A stretch of DNA of 64,000 nucleotides. It comes from a virus. The position numbers and the translations under genes were made by a program. The notes under the pieces were generated by a model. That model had not been told where the DNA came from. It ran no database searches and worked only from the letters and a program-made list of their open reading frames with translations. Shown in pieces: positions 37,642 through 46,385 of the stretch. Each line of letters opens with the position of its first letter. Within the stretch, counting starts at the first letter, position 1. Location of the stretch: the IMG/VR virus record IMGVR_UViG_3300042401_001747. One strand, given 5' to 3'.

Positions 37642-38280
37642 GTGGAGCAATATGTAAATGATTTTAGTAAAATGGCACTGGCATTGACCTCGGCCCAAAT
37701 GGCTAAGGATGAAGCGGTCAGTGAACACGGACTAGGAGAAGAGCTCTCGATTCATTTTCTAGCTTGGCTAGACAACACCCTCATAGCGATTTGCCAAATG
37801 AACGGGGAAACTGGCAAGCTTGACCCTGAAACTAGGTTCAATAGATGTAAAGAGTTATGCAAAGTCCTCAGGACGGACTTGTGGTCAACTGCGATAACTA
37901 TGGTTTCAGAAGGATATTGCTCCCTAGACTCCTACAAGACCAAGAACATGGACCTTGCCACCGCTTTTGCTGACCAAAGTCTCCCGGTTTACGAGTGCAT
38001 AACCGTTAGTCATACGTCCATTGATGAAGATACTGACCACGTTTCTCCCGTTTCAATGGTTGCAGCGCCGTACAAGATTGAAATAGGCAGAAAAGTTAGC
38101 TGGAAAGAGGTGTTGGTTTATCCAGAAAAAGCTGACGAATACACTCGCCAGACCAAGTACCCGACCATGCTCCGCAGGGTTTTGCAGATGGACCCAGACG
38201 ATTCCGTTACTGGAGACAATCTAGCCACAGCGACATCCAAGATTTCCGACCTAGGGTTTATAATGCAGAGATTAATTTAA
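37642..38280 (+). CDS. hypothetical protein
   Basis: ORF track, 212 aa. Confidence 0.75.
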   Translation: MEQYVNDFSKMALALTSAQMAKDEAVSEHGLGEELSIHFLAWLDNTLIAICQMNGETGKLDPETRFNRCKELCKVLRTDLWSTAITMVSEGYCSLDSYKTKNMDLATAFADQSLPVYECITVSHTSIDEDTDHVSPVSMVAAPYKIEIGRKVSWKEVLVYPEKADEYTRQTKYPTMLRRVLQMDPDDSVTGDNLATATSKISDLGFIMQRLI

Positions 38281-38293
38281 GTAAACTTATATT

Positions 38294-38623
38294 ATGTCTG
38301 AATTTTATAATAGTGCTGGATTTGGTGAGTCATCCCTCTTTAGAAATGATGCGTCTGGAATAGATATCCACAGGGCAGACAGACAGCCATGCCCGGTCTG
38401 TGGTCACCCTACTGGAGACTGCGTAGGAGATACTCCCGCTCCGGAGACAATATGGGGATACAACACTTCGTCTTCGCTAGACAACTCGTTAACTTTCTAC
38501 ATTGAAGAAGATTATTTTGAAGAACGTGAAATTGCGCCCGGAATAATTACAAAGATTCTTGTCTTTAAAAAGGGAAAAAACATTCCTTTGGCCACTGCAA
38601 AAGAATACGGTTTCATAAAATAA
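38294..38623 (+). CDS. hypothetical protein
   Basis: CPVCGHPTGDC. Confidence 0.75.
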   Translation: MSEFYNSAGFGESSLFRNDASGIDIHRADRQPCPVCGHPTGDCVGDTPAPETIWGYNTSSSLDNSLTFYIEEDYFEEREIAPGIITKILVFKKGKNIPLATAKEYGFIK

Positions 38624-38714
38624 ATTTCATCGTCTCTCGACTTTTTCTTTATTCGTTTTTGCGCTACACTCATTTACTCACAGTTATTAAGTGACCCCTA
38701 CCTGACAGGAAATT

Positions 38715-40640
38715 ATGAACCTCATTGACGATGAATTTATTGCCTCATACGCGAACAAGCAAGTCCCTTGGGGCTTTAACGGAATGGGTGAAATCGTTTT
38801 TTTGCGCACCTATGGTCGCTTAAAAGAGAATGGCGATATTGAAACATGGGCTGAAACAATTCAGCGAGTTGTTAATGGAGCAATTGCTATTGGTGTTCCT
38901 TACACCAGAGAAGAAGCTGAAGAACTTTTTGACCACATGTACCACTTGAGGTGTTCAGTAAGCGGTAGAGCGCTTTGGCAGCTTGGAACTCCAATGGTTG
39001 AATCTTTTGGTGGAGCATCGTTGAACAACTGCTACTTCACAAACATCGAAAAGATAGATGACTTTGAGTTTCTCTTTAACTACTTGATGCTTGGTGGCGG
39101 AGTTGGATTTTCCGTAGAGCGTTCAAAGATTCATGACCTTCCCAAAGTGAAGTCTGGCGTTGTTATTTCACACGAACGAACAAACGATGCGAACATCATT
39201 GTTCCAGACTCACGAGAGGGCTGGAGCCGTCTACTACATGCCGTATTGAAGTCATACTTTGATACTGGTAAGTCTTTTACTTACTCAACAATTCTTGTAC
39301 GAGAGTACGGAGCAAAGTTAGGCAAGATGGGTGGAACTGCATCAGGTCCTGGTGCGCTTATTGAAGGCGTCGAAGACATTTGTAAAGTTTTGGAAAACAG
39401 AGTAGGAAAGAAGCTTCGGTCTATCGATGTTTTGGATATTTGTAACATTATTGGTCGCGTTGTTGTTTCCGGCTCGTCGCGTCGGTCGGCGCAAATAGCC
39501 GCAGGCGACCCTGATGACGTTTTGTTCCAGCGTGCCAAGAACTGGGGAAGTGGAAACATTCCTGCATGGCGAGCAAACAGCAACAACTCTATCTATGCCG
39601 ATGGTTGGGACGAGATTCCTGCTGAGATTTGGAAGGGCTACGACGGTTCTGGCGAACCATACGGATTCCTTAACAGAAAGCTTGCAAGAGCCGTCGGTCG
39701 ACTTGGTGAAAAGAACGTTGATAACTCAATCGAAGGTTTTAATCCATGTGCCGAAATCGGCCTAGCAGATGGAGAGTCGTGCAACTTGTCCACAATCTTC
39801 CTGCCGAACGTGGAATCCGTAAAACAGTTGATGTCTATCTCTCGTCTTCTCTACATGACACAAAAGCAAATAACACGACTTTCGTACCCGTTTGAAAAGA
39901 CAACCAAGATTGTTCGCAAGAACGCCAGAATTGGACAAAGCGTCACAGGAGTGCTTCAAGCCTCCGAACAGCAGGTTTCTTGGCTCTCCACGACATACGA
40001 CTACCTTCGTGACCTTGACGCCGAGTACTCAGCAGAAAAAGGCTTTCCGAAGTCCATCCGTCTTACCACCGTACAGCCCTCTGGGACGCTCTCTCTGCTT
40101 CCTGGGGTCACTCCGGGCATACATCCGGCCTTTGCAGCCTATTACACCCGTAGAGTCCGTTTTGGCTCGAATGACCCACTTGTGGAAGCCTGCCGTAAGA
40201 GGGGCTACAAGGTTGTCTGGGATATCGGTATCGATGGACGAGAAGACCACACCCGTTATGTTGTTGAGTTCCCTTGTGAATCACCGCAGGGGTCGATTCT
40301 GGTCAGTGAAATGACAGCGGTTCAGCAATTGGAGTGGGTCAAGAAGCTTCAGACAGAATGGGCAGACAATGCCGTATCGGTCACTGTGTATTACCGCAAG
40401 GAAGAACTTGAGGAAATCAAGCAATGGCTTTCAAAGAATTACAACGACAGCGTTAAGTCTGTTTCGTTCCTTCTTCACACAGACCATAACTTTGTTCTTC
40501 CTCCATACGAAGAAATCACAAAAGAAGAGTACGAAAAGACTGTCGCAAAGATTGACTTCACTATTCCGCTTGTTCAGTCAAAGTTCGATGGAGAAATTGA
40601 CATGGAAGATTGCGCAACAGGAGCCTGCCCAGTAAAGTAG
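38715..40640 (+). CDS. nrdJ: class II (adenosylcobalamin) ribonucleotide reductase, monomeric type
   Basis: SGRALW, LNNC, GGGVG, RRSA, NPCAEI, TTVQPSGT, C-terminal CATGACPVK. Confidence 0.95.
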   Translation: MNLIDDEFIASYANKQVPWGFNGMGEIVFLRTYGRLKENGDIETWAETIQRVVNGAIAIGVPYTREEAEELFDHMYHLRCSVSGRALWQLGTPMVESFGGASLNNCYFTNIEKIDDFEFLFNYLMLGGGVGFSVERSKIHDLPKVKSGVVISHERTNDANIIVPDSREGWSRLLHAVLKSYFDTGKSFTYSTILVREYGAKLGKMGGTASGPGALIEGVEDICKVLENRVGKKLRSIDVLDICNIIGRVVVSGSSRRSAQIAAGDPDDVLFQRAKNWGSGNIPAWRANSNNSIYADGWDEIPAEIWKGYDGSGEPYGFLNRKLARAVGRLGEKNVDNSIEGFNPCAEIGLADGESCNLSTIFLPNVESVKQLMSISRLLYMTQKQITRLSYPFEKTTKIVRKNARIGQSVTGVLQASEQQVSWLSTTYDYLRDLDAEYSAEKGFPKSIRLTTVQPSGTLSLLPGVTPGIHPAFAAYYTRRVRFGSNDPLVEACRKRGYKVVWDIGIDGREDHTRYVVEFPCESPQGSILVSEMTAVQQLEWVKKLQTEWADNAVSVTVYYRKEELEEIKQWLSKNYNDSVKSVSFLLHTDHNFVLPPYEEITKEEYEKTVAKIDFTIPLVQSKFDGEIDMEDCATGACPVK

Positions 40641-40644
40641 ACAC

Positions 40645-41193
40645 ATGTCTAAAAATATGTCCTACGAAGAGCGTTTTTTCCAAAAGGTAAACAAGACCGA
40701 ATCTTGTTGGCTATGGACGGGCGCTTTGAATTCCAAAGGCTATGGTTCCATGGGTTTTGAAGGCAAAACTACAAGCACGCACAAGCTCAGTTATTTATGG
40801 TTTAGAGGCGAAATACCAGAAGGAATGTTTGTCTGTCACACTTGTGACGTCCCGCCGTGCGTTAATCCTGAACATCTTTTTTTAGATACAAATTCAGGAA
40901 ACATGAAGGATATGTTCAAAAAGGGAAGAAACCCCCCTCAGACGAAAAAACAGACTCATTGTAAAAAAGGTCATTCTTTTGAGGAATTTGAACCGCTTGT
41001 ATACGTGAAGAAACAGGGTAGGCAAATTGGTAAAGAATACAGAACCTGCAAGGAATGCAAGCGCATAAGTGACTCAAAAAGAAGAGGCAAGAACCTTGAG
41101 TACATGCGCGAGTACAATCTGAAAAACAAAGAGAAGCTAAATGAACAGCAAAGAAACCTGTATCATGCTAAAAAGAATAAACAAAACCCCTAG
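40645..41193 (+). CDS. HNH homing endonuclease
   Basis: CWLWTG...GYG...H...VCHTCDVPPCVNPEHL...N; THCKKGH...CKEC. Confidence 0.9.
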   Translation: MSKNMSYEERFFQKVNKTESCWLWTGALNSKGYGSMGFEGKTTSTHKLSYLWFRGEIPEGMFVCHTCDVPPCVNPEHLFLDTNSGNMKDMFKKGRNPPQTKKQTHCKKGHSFEEFEPLVYVKKQGRQIGKEYRTCKECKRISDSKRRGKNLEYMREYNLKNKEKLNEQQRNLYHAKKNKQNP

Positions 41194-41265
41194 CGTCGGT
41201 GGCCCAAGGGATAAGGCAACAGACTTCTAATCTGTAGATTGCAGGTTCGAATCCTGCCCGACGCG
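41193..41265 (+). tRNA. tRNA-Arg(UCU)
   Basis: GCGTCGG/CCGACGC acceptor, ACAGA-CT-TCT-AA-TCTGT, GGTTCGAATCC. Confidence 0.93.
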
Positions 41266-41288
41266 CAATATCACTATAGGATTTAGCT

Positions 41289-41672
41289 ATGAATATCAAC
41301 ATAGGTTCAGACCCGGATTTCCAAAACATCCTTGACCGTTTTGCTGACGGCATACCGGCAACCATTGACTGCGGTTATGGCTGGGCGGAACTAATAATAA
41401 AATGCGATACTATTTTATTTACTCAGGACCCGAACTATACGGTTGCGCAGATAAAAGAAAAGTTTGGTGGACTGCGGTTTTACTTCAATCTTTCAAACAT
41501 GGAAGAATACAGTAAAGTTAATTCGCTGATTCTTGCTATCGAGCAGGATTCTTTCAGCGTGTGTGAGAAATGCGGTGAACCAGGATATCCACGCAAGGTG
41601 GAGACGTCAGGAATGCGTTATACGTCTTGCGACGAGCACGAAATCTATTCCCACATTTCAGGGTTGGGGTGA
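41289..41672 (+). CDS. conserved phage protein
   Basis: GW...QIKEKFGGLRFY...CEKCGEPG...C..H. Confidence 0.8.
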   Translation: MNINIGSDPDFQNILDRFADGIPATIDCGYGWAELIIKCDTILFTQDPNYTVAQIKEKFGGLRFYFNLSNMEEYSKVNSLILAIEQDSFSVCEKCGEPGYPRKVETSGMRYTSCDEHEIYSHISGLG

Positions 41673-41750
41673 CCCACTGCTTTTTTTATCTTTATAGCTG
41701 TTCTTGCCACAACAACGGCTGAAACAATTGCCGCTAGCCAGTTAATAACG

Positions 41751-42209
41751 TTATTTATTTTTTTCTTCACGTATTGGTCCTCCGGTGACCCAAGCGCGAC
41801 AAGTTCTCTTTGAAGCGCATTTAAAGTCGAATGCTTCACAGTATCCTAGTTCACCAGCTTCGTCTATTGCTCCCCATTCGTCTTTTCTGTCGTCTCCAAC
41901 AAGTCCGTCTTGTATGCATGACTTCATTTGTGGGGTGACAATAAAAACTGCGCAATTGCCGCATTTCTGCTTCTTAGCCTCTTCGGTGCTTACTTCCCAC
42001 TCGTTGGCAAGTTTGGACCAGAACTCTTCGTTTTTCTCTTCTGGATTAAGCGGGCCATAGTCGGCAACAGCAATTGCCTTTTTACGATTTAGTAGGTTTA
42101 CCGAAACATCTTTTGTTGCCGTTGGGCATTTAGCAGAATCGTCTGCCTTTTCTTCTATGCGTATTCCTTTAATTGGTCCACGATATGAAGCCCATGTATT
42201 GTTGTTCAT
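41751..42209 (-). CDS. Cys-rich phage protein, probably head-associated
   Basis: CPTAT...YGPLNP...CGNC...GYCEAFDFKCASKRTCRAW. Confidence 0.7.
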   Translation of the reverse strand: MNNNTWASYRGPIKGIRIEEKADDSAKCPTATKDVSVNLLNRKKAIAVADYGPLNPEEKNEEFWSKLANEWEVSTEEAKKQKCGNCAVFIVTPQMKSCIQDGLVGDDRKDEWGAIDEAGELGYCEAFDFKCASKRTCRAWVTGGPIREEKNK

Positions 42210-42604
42210 TTAAATTCTTCCCAGGTTTTGTCTCCTTGGCCGTAGTACTCACGAGCGTAGCCCGATGAAACTATGTCCTGATTAAGGCATGCGGTTAATT
42301 CGGATTTGACGTCCTTGTCGGAATATATTAAAGCCAGTACTCTTCCGTACTTATCGTCCTTGCCAGCAATCGTCTTTAAAAAGACCGTAGAGTGTCGCGC
42401 TGTCCAGTCCGTAGTAAAAGATTTTGCCTTGAGGCCCATTTGTTTTTCCGCTAAATCTTTGGTACGTGACTCCGGGGTATTTACCCCATAAAGTCTTACT
42501 CTGGCTTTGTGGTGAATACTAAACCCCAGGTCTATCATCACGTCCAGAGTGTCTCCGTCTATTACCTTGAGTACTTTTGCTGTGTACCAGTATTGCTCAG
42601 CCAT
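42206..42604 (-). CDS. SNase/thermonuclease-like protein
   Basis: KVIDGDT, RLYGVNTPE, KYGRVLA. Confidence 0.88.
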   Translation of the reverse strand: MAEQYWYTAKVLKVIDGDTLDVMIDLGFSIHHKARVRLYGVNTPESRTKDLAEKQMGLKAKSFTTDWTARHSTVFLKTIAGKDDKYGRVLALIYSDKDVKSELTACLNQDIVSSGYAREYYGQGDKTWEEFK

Positions 42605-43418
42605 TTTTTTGCTTAGCCTTGCGACGCTGTTTCATCATTTTTGCTGCCTTGGACATTCTTTTTAGTTCTTCTGAATCTTCCGAAACATAAGACTGCGATG
42701 CGGTTTTGGACGAAGGCGCTAGCTCGGAAATGTTTCTCCGAAGGGATGCGCGTATCGCTTGCTGCTCTTCGGACATGGATTCACTCAAGAACAACATTCC
42801 ATCAGGAGGTATAAGTCCTTTAAGTTCTTCTGAATTAATAAATTCGTTATAACTATCTGGCGAAAACTTATTAAAGTAGTCGTAAGAAAAATGTGATTTC
42901 TTAGATTTAGAATTCTGGTATCTTTCCAGCATTCTTCTTCCTTTTGCTGCAAGCTTCTTGGCATCTTCGATATTTTGAGGCACCGGTTCACCCCAGGCTG
43001 AAGCCGATAGAGCCAATCTAGTTGCTCTGCCCTTTTCGTCTTTCATAGGGCCTGATGGGTTTGTGAAGAAACGAGTCAAGAAAGAACCTTTTCTTCTCAT
43101 CTTTTCAGGAGTATCGGCAGCCCCCCTTACTCCTGGCTTCAAGCTAGCTCCTTCTTTTCTTTTGAAGTAAGCTCGTCCGGCAGCAGTCAGGCCACCCTTT
43201 GGGTCTTTAAGTACTGGTTTTTTTGAACCTTTGACTAGTACTTCCTGGAAAACAAAAGAGCCGTAATATTCATCGAATATTGGGTGCATTTCAATGTGCT
43301 TCAGCTCAATCATGGATTGGCTGGCTATCTGCTCAAGGGCTAGTTCTACCTCTATTTGGTCAGATAGGCCCTGGAGTTCTTCAAACGTTTTTTCGATGTC
43401 ATCAAATGGATTAGTCAT
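42597..43418 (-). CDS. phage protein with a DUF6321-like basic domain
   Basis: KDPKGGLTAAGRAYF...LKPGV...RRKGSFLTRF...AWG. Confidence 0.6.
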   Translation of the reverse strand: MTNPFDDIEKTFEELQGLSDQIEVELALEQIASQSMIELKHIEMHPIFDEYYGSFVFQEVLVKGSKKPVLKDPKGGLTAAGRAYFKRKEGASLKPGVRGAADTPEKMRRKGSFLTRFFTNPSGPMKDEKGRATRLALSASAWGEPVPQNIEDAKKLAAKGRRMLERYQNSKSKKSHFSYDYFNKFSPDSYNEFINSEELKGLIPPDGMLFLSESMSEEQQAIRASLRRNISELAPSSKTASQSYVSEDSEELKRMSKAAKMMKQRRKAKQKNG

Positions 43419-43449
43419 ATAAGATATCTTCTCATAGTTTTTGGGTTAT

Positions 43450-43493
43450 AAAAGGCAAAAACCCCGCCCACCCCCTAAAGGATGAACGGGGTT
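43450..43493 (-). terminator. intrinsic terminator after the major capsid gene
   Basis: AACCCCGTTCATCC...GGTGGGCGGGGTT followed by TTTGCCTTTT. Confidence 0.8.
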
Positions 43494-43507
43494 CCGCTTA
43501 GTGCTTA

Positions 43508-44875
43508 TCAGGCTGGTGCGCTGTTGAAGGTTACTTCGACGAATGCTTCTGGGCGCTTGACAGCGAGTGCAAGTCTTTGCTCTGCAAGGATAACGATTGC
43601 GTTGCGGACGAAGAAGTCCGAATGCTGTTCGCTGATGCGGATGCTTGCTTCTTCACGGTCGTACAACTGTGCTCCGGTACCGAAGGCTCCAACAAGTGCC
43701 TTACCTTCAGTCATTGCTGGAGTGTCAACGATTGGCATACGCCAGACGCGTGGCTCGCCACCCATTGCAACCGAAACTGCGATGAGGTACTGGCCGTTAG
43801 TGTCCTTGGTAAGCTCGATGTCTTCCCAGTCGTTCGGGTGAAGAACGATGCCGCTTGGCTCGTAGTACGCAAGGAACGACAAGGTTGCCGCACGACGAAG
43901 TGCATCTGCCTTGGTGTCTGGTACTGGCAGAGCTGCACCGCTTGACCAGTTGTATGTCTGAATGTTTGGTGTGTTACGAACGCCCAACAAGTTTTCACCA
44001 GCACCGTTACCGTTGAGGATTTGGTTATCCTCAAGGAGACGGAGACCGTACATCAATTCGTTGTCGATGATGCTGCGGAGCTGTGGCTCGTCTGCAAGAA
44101 CGTTACGGTGTGCTGCTTCCCAATGTGCAAGTGTACGCACTGGAGCCTGCTCACCAACGAAGGCGAACGAAGACTGTGGCTTGACACCGAATGCGGTATT
44201 GCCGGCGTTACGCTCTGCAACTGTTGATGCACTGTTTACGCCTGCTCCAGCCTGCAAGGTTGTGAAACCAAGTTGACGGAAGTATTCGATAACTGCAGCG
44301 TTTGTCTTGCGGACTGGGAACAAGTCACGAACACGCTTTGTACGTGTTGGTGGCAATACCATTGGGTCACGCTGTACGGAACCAAATGAACCAAGACGGC
44401 TATCGGTTACTGCTGTTGTTGGCAGACCCGAGTAAACGTCCTTTACGTTGTAACCAGAGGTGTATGAAGTCAACGATGCAGCAATTTGCCATGGTGAAAC
44501 CATGTTTGCTCCATTGCGGCCACCATTAAGTGCCTTGAACTCTGCTGAATCAGTGAACATTTGACCAATTGACTTGATTTCATGTGATGACAAGCTACCA
44601 AGGTCTGCTGCAGCGGCAGCATAAGCTGCTCCTGTGGAGCTACCTGATGGCTGTGATGCCCAGTTATCAACTTGGTTCATGGTCTCAAGGTCACCGATAA
44701 GGCCCTTGATTTCTTTGATGTCGCGCATGTTCTTGTCGAACGCTGACTTTTGCTCAGGAGTAACGACTACTGTGCCGTCCTCGATTTTGAATGAATCTGC
44801 GATGGTCTTATTGTCTGCCATCTTTGTGCGAAGAGCTGATTGTAGTTCTTCTGTACGTGCTTTGTCTTCCGACAT
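43508..44875 (-). CDS. major capsid protein, HK97 fold
   Basis: VRTLAHW...VLADEPQLRSIIDNELMYGL...EDNQILNGNG...LHPNDW...FVRNAIVILAEQRLALAVKRPEAF; N-terminal delta domain; AGGAG RBS. Confidence 0.95.
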   Translation of the reverse strand: MSEDKARTEELQSALRTKMADNKTIADSFKIEDGTVVVTPEQKSAFDKNMRDIKEIKGLIGDLETMNQVDNWASQPSGSSTGAAYAAAAADLGSLSSHEIKSIGQMFTDSAEFKALNGGRNGANMVSPWQIAASLTSYTSGYNVKDVYSGLPTTAVTDSRLGSFGSVQRDPMVLPPTRTKRVRDLFPVRKTNAAVIEYFRQLGFTTLQAGAGVNSASTVAERNAGNTAFGVKPQSSFAFVGEQAPVRTLAHWEAAHRNVLADEPQLRSIIDNELMYGLRLLEDNQILNGNGAGENLLGVRNTPNIQTYNWSSGAALPVPDTKADALRRAATLSFLAYYEPSGIVLHPNDWEDIELTKDTNGQYLIAVSVAMGGEPRVWRMPIVDTPAMTEGKALVGAFGTGAQLYDREEASIRISEQHSDFFVRNAIVILAEQRLALAVKRPEAFVEVTFNSAPA

Positions 44876-45031
44876 TGGGTTCTCCTCTTATGAGTTGGGT
44901 GGGGGTATTGGTATTTTGTCCAAGGCTTAGGTAAGCACCCAGCTCTTATGTATAAACAAAAATAACAGATAATTCACACCTCTCGGTGTAACTAATAATA
45001 TTTTGCAATTAAAGTACGTAAATAGATTACG

Positions 45032-45703
45032 TTACTTACTAATGAGCTCTCGCGTGAGGGATGTTTTCCTTGTGACGCTTGACTTTGGTTTTTCGCGTAA
45101 GACAGTCCTGACGGCGTTTCTGGTTTCCTGTTCACGCCTCTTGCTGACGTTTCTTCTGCCCAAAGATGTTGAACCAGTTCTATTGGAATAATCAGTCATA
45201 TTTGTGCACGGCATCCATACCGTGCGTCCTGACTTGCTCACTCTTCTACTGATTCCTATGCACCCAATCTGGCGAGAACGAGCCTTGGCGGATTCCGGGT
45301 CAATAAAGACGTCTACGTCGTTATCTCTTACAAACTCTGGGCCGACACCCTTTTCTTCGCAGCATCCAATGGATTTACCACTAAAAGACGTAGACGAGAC
45401 GATTCCTCCACCTTCCAGTGAGCCGATTCCTCGTATTGGTGCTTCCGTCAGGTTTTCCCATCCATCAGAGCGTCGTTTTCTCTTGTTTTTTCCGATGCTT
45501 CTTTTTGTTCCCGCTTCTTTAGCTCCTGGAACGACACTTCTCCATCTTGATGTCTCGGCAGTGTTTGAGATTCTTTCCATCTCTTCCATGGAAGCGCAAG
45601 GCATCCATCTACCTTCTGAATCTTTGTGTGCGCCGGAGCACCCTATGTCTTGAGCAAGACGCAGAGCCAATACTTTTGCTTTTGCTGGAGATTTACCTTG
45701 CAT
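45032..45703 (-). CDS. protein with two IGC...WMPC repeats (DUF3721-like)
   Basis: AQDIGCSGAHK...WMPC and SRQIGCIG...WMPC. Confidence 0.7.
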   Translation of the reverse strand: MQGKSPAKAKVLALRLAQDIGCSGAHKDSEGRWMPCASMEEMERISNTAETSRWRSVVPGAKEAGTKRSIGKNKRKRRSDGWENLTEAPIRGIGSLEGGGIVSSTSFSGKSIGCCEEKGVGPEFVRDNDVDVFIDPESAKARSRQIGCIGISRRVSKSGRTVWMPCTNMTDYSNRTGSTSLGRRNVSKRREQETRNAVRTVLREKPKSSVTRKTSLTRELISK

Positions 45704-46385
45704 GTTTTATTTCGTTTCTAGTGTAAGAAACCCGTGCTGAGATTGATTCCTTTTGGCCAGCCATCGATTCTCGGGTAATGCTTTCCAGGGTCTTGGCTCT
45801 GCGAGTTAATCGACGACTTGAAGAAGTTTCTGCTGTTTTTCTATTGGCTGTTTTTCTAATAAATCCTTGACCAAATTGTCCATATATGAGTTCTGTCTCT
45901 ATTTGTCCAAACTGCGCTTTGGGATGAGATTTCACAGAGCGAGATTTTTCGTCAAAAAAAACTTTTCCTGACTTTATTCTTCTCTTGAATTCTGATTTTT
46001 TCTTAAGGTTTTTAAAGTTGCTGGTCTTGAAAGAAATAGCGTTAAGTTTGTTGACTACAGAGGAAAACGACCTGATTGGCGTATTTTCTATAGGGTCACG
46101 ATTTGAGCTTTTATCGTTTTTTACAGTAGCTATATAGCGATACGATTTTTTATCAATTGCTTTAGAAACAGGCTCGTCCTCTACTATTTCTGAGTTTTCG
46201 AAGAATCCGGTAAAAATGAAACCGTCAGGCACTGTTGACTTAATGTTGTAAGCGTCAAAATTAAAATCAGAAACAATCGATTTGCCATATTCGGTAATTG
46301 CTTTTACCTGAATTTTGTCGTTGTTTGAGGTTGCCATAACATGAGGCATTCCTCCAAAAACGTCCTTGATAAAACCGATTTTCAT
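45693..46385 (-). CDS. hypothetical protein (head module)
   Basis: ORF track; translationally coupled. Confidence 0.7.
   Translation of the reverse strand: MKIGFIKDVFGGMPHVMATSNNDKIQVKAITEYGKSIVSDFNFDAYNIKSTVPDGFIFTGFFENSEIVEDEPVSKAIDKKSYRYIATVKNDKSSNRDPIENTPIRSFSSVVNKLNAISFKTSNFKNLKKKSEFKRRIKSGKVFFDEKSRSVKSHPKAQFGQIETELIYGQFGQGFIRKTANRKTAETSSSRRLTRRAKTLESITRESMAGQKESISARVSYTRNEIKHAR

Noticed and set aside
38715-40640. Intron or intein in nrdJ
   Set aside because: The ORF is continuous and its length (641 aa) fits a compact monomeric class II enzyme.
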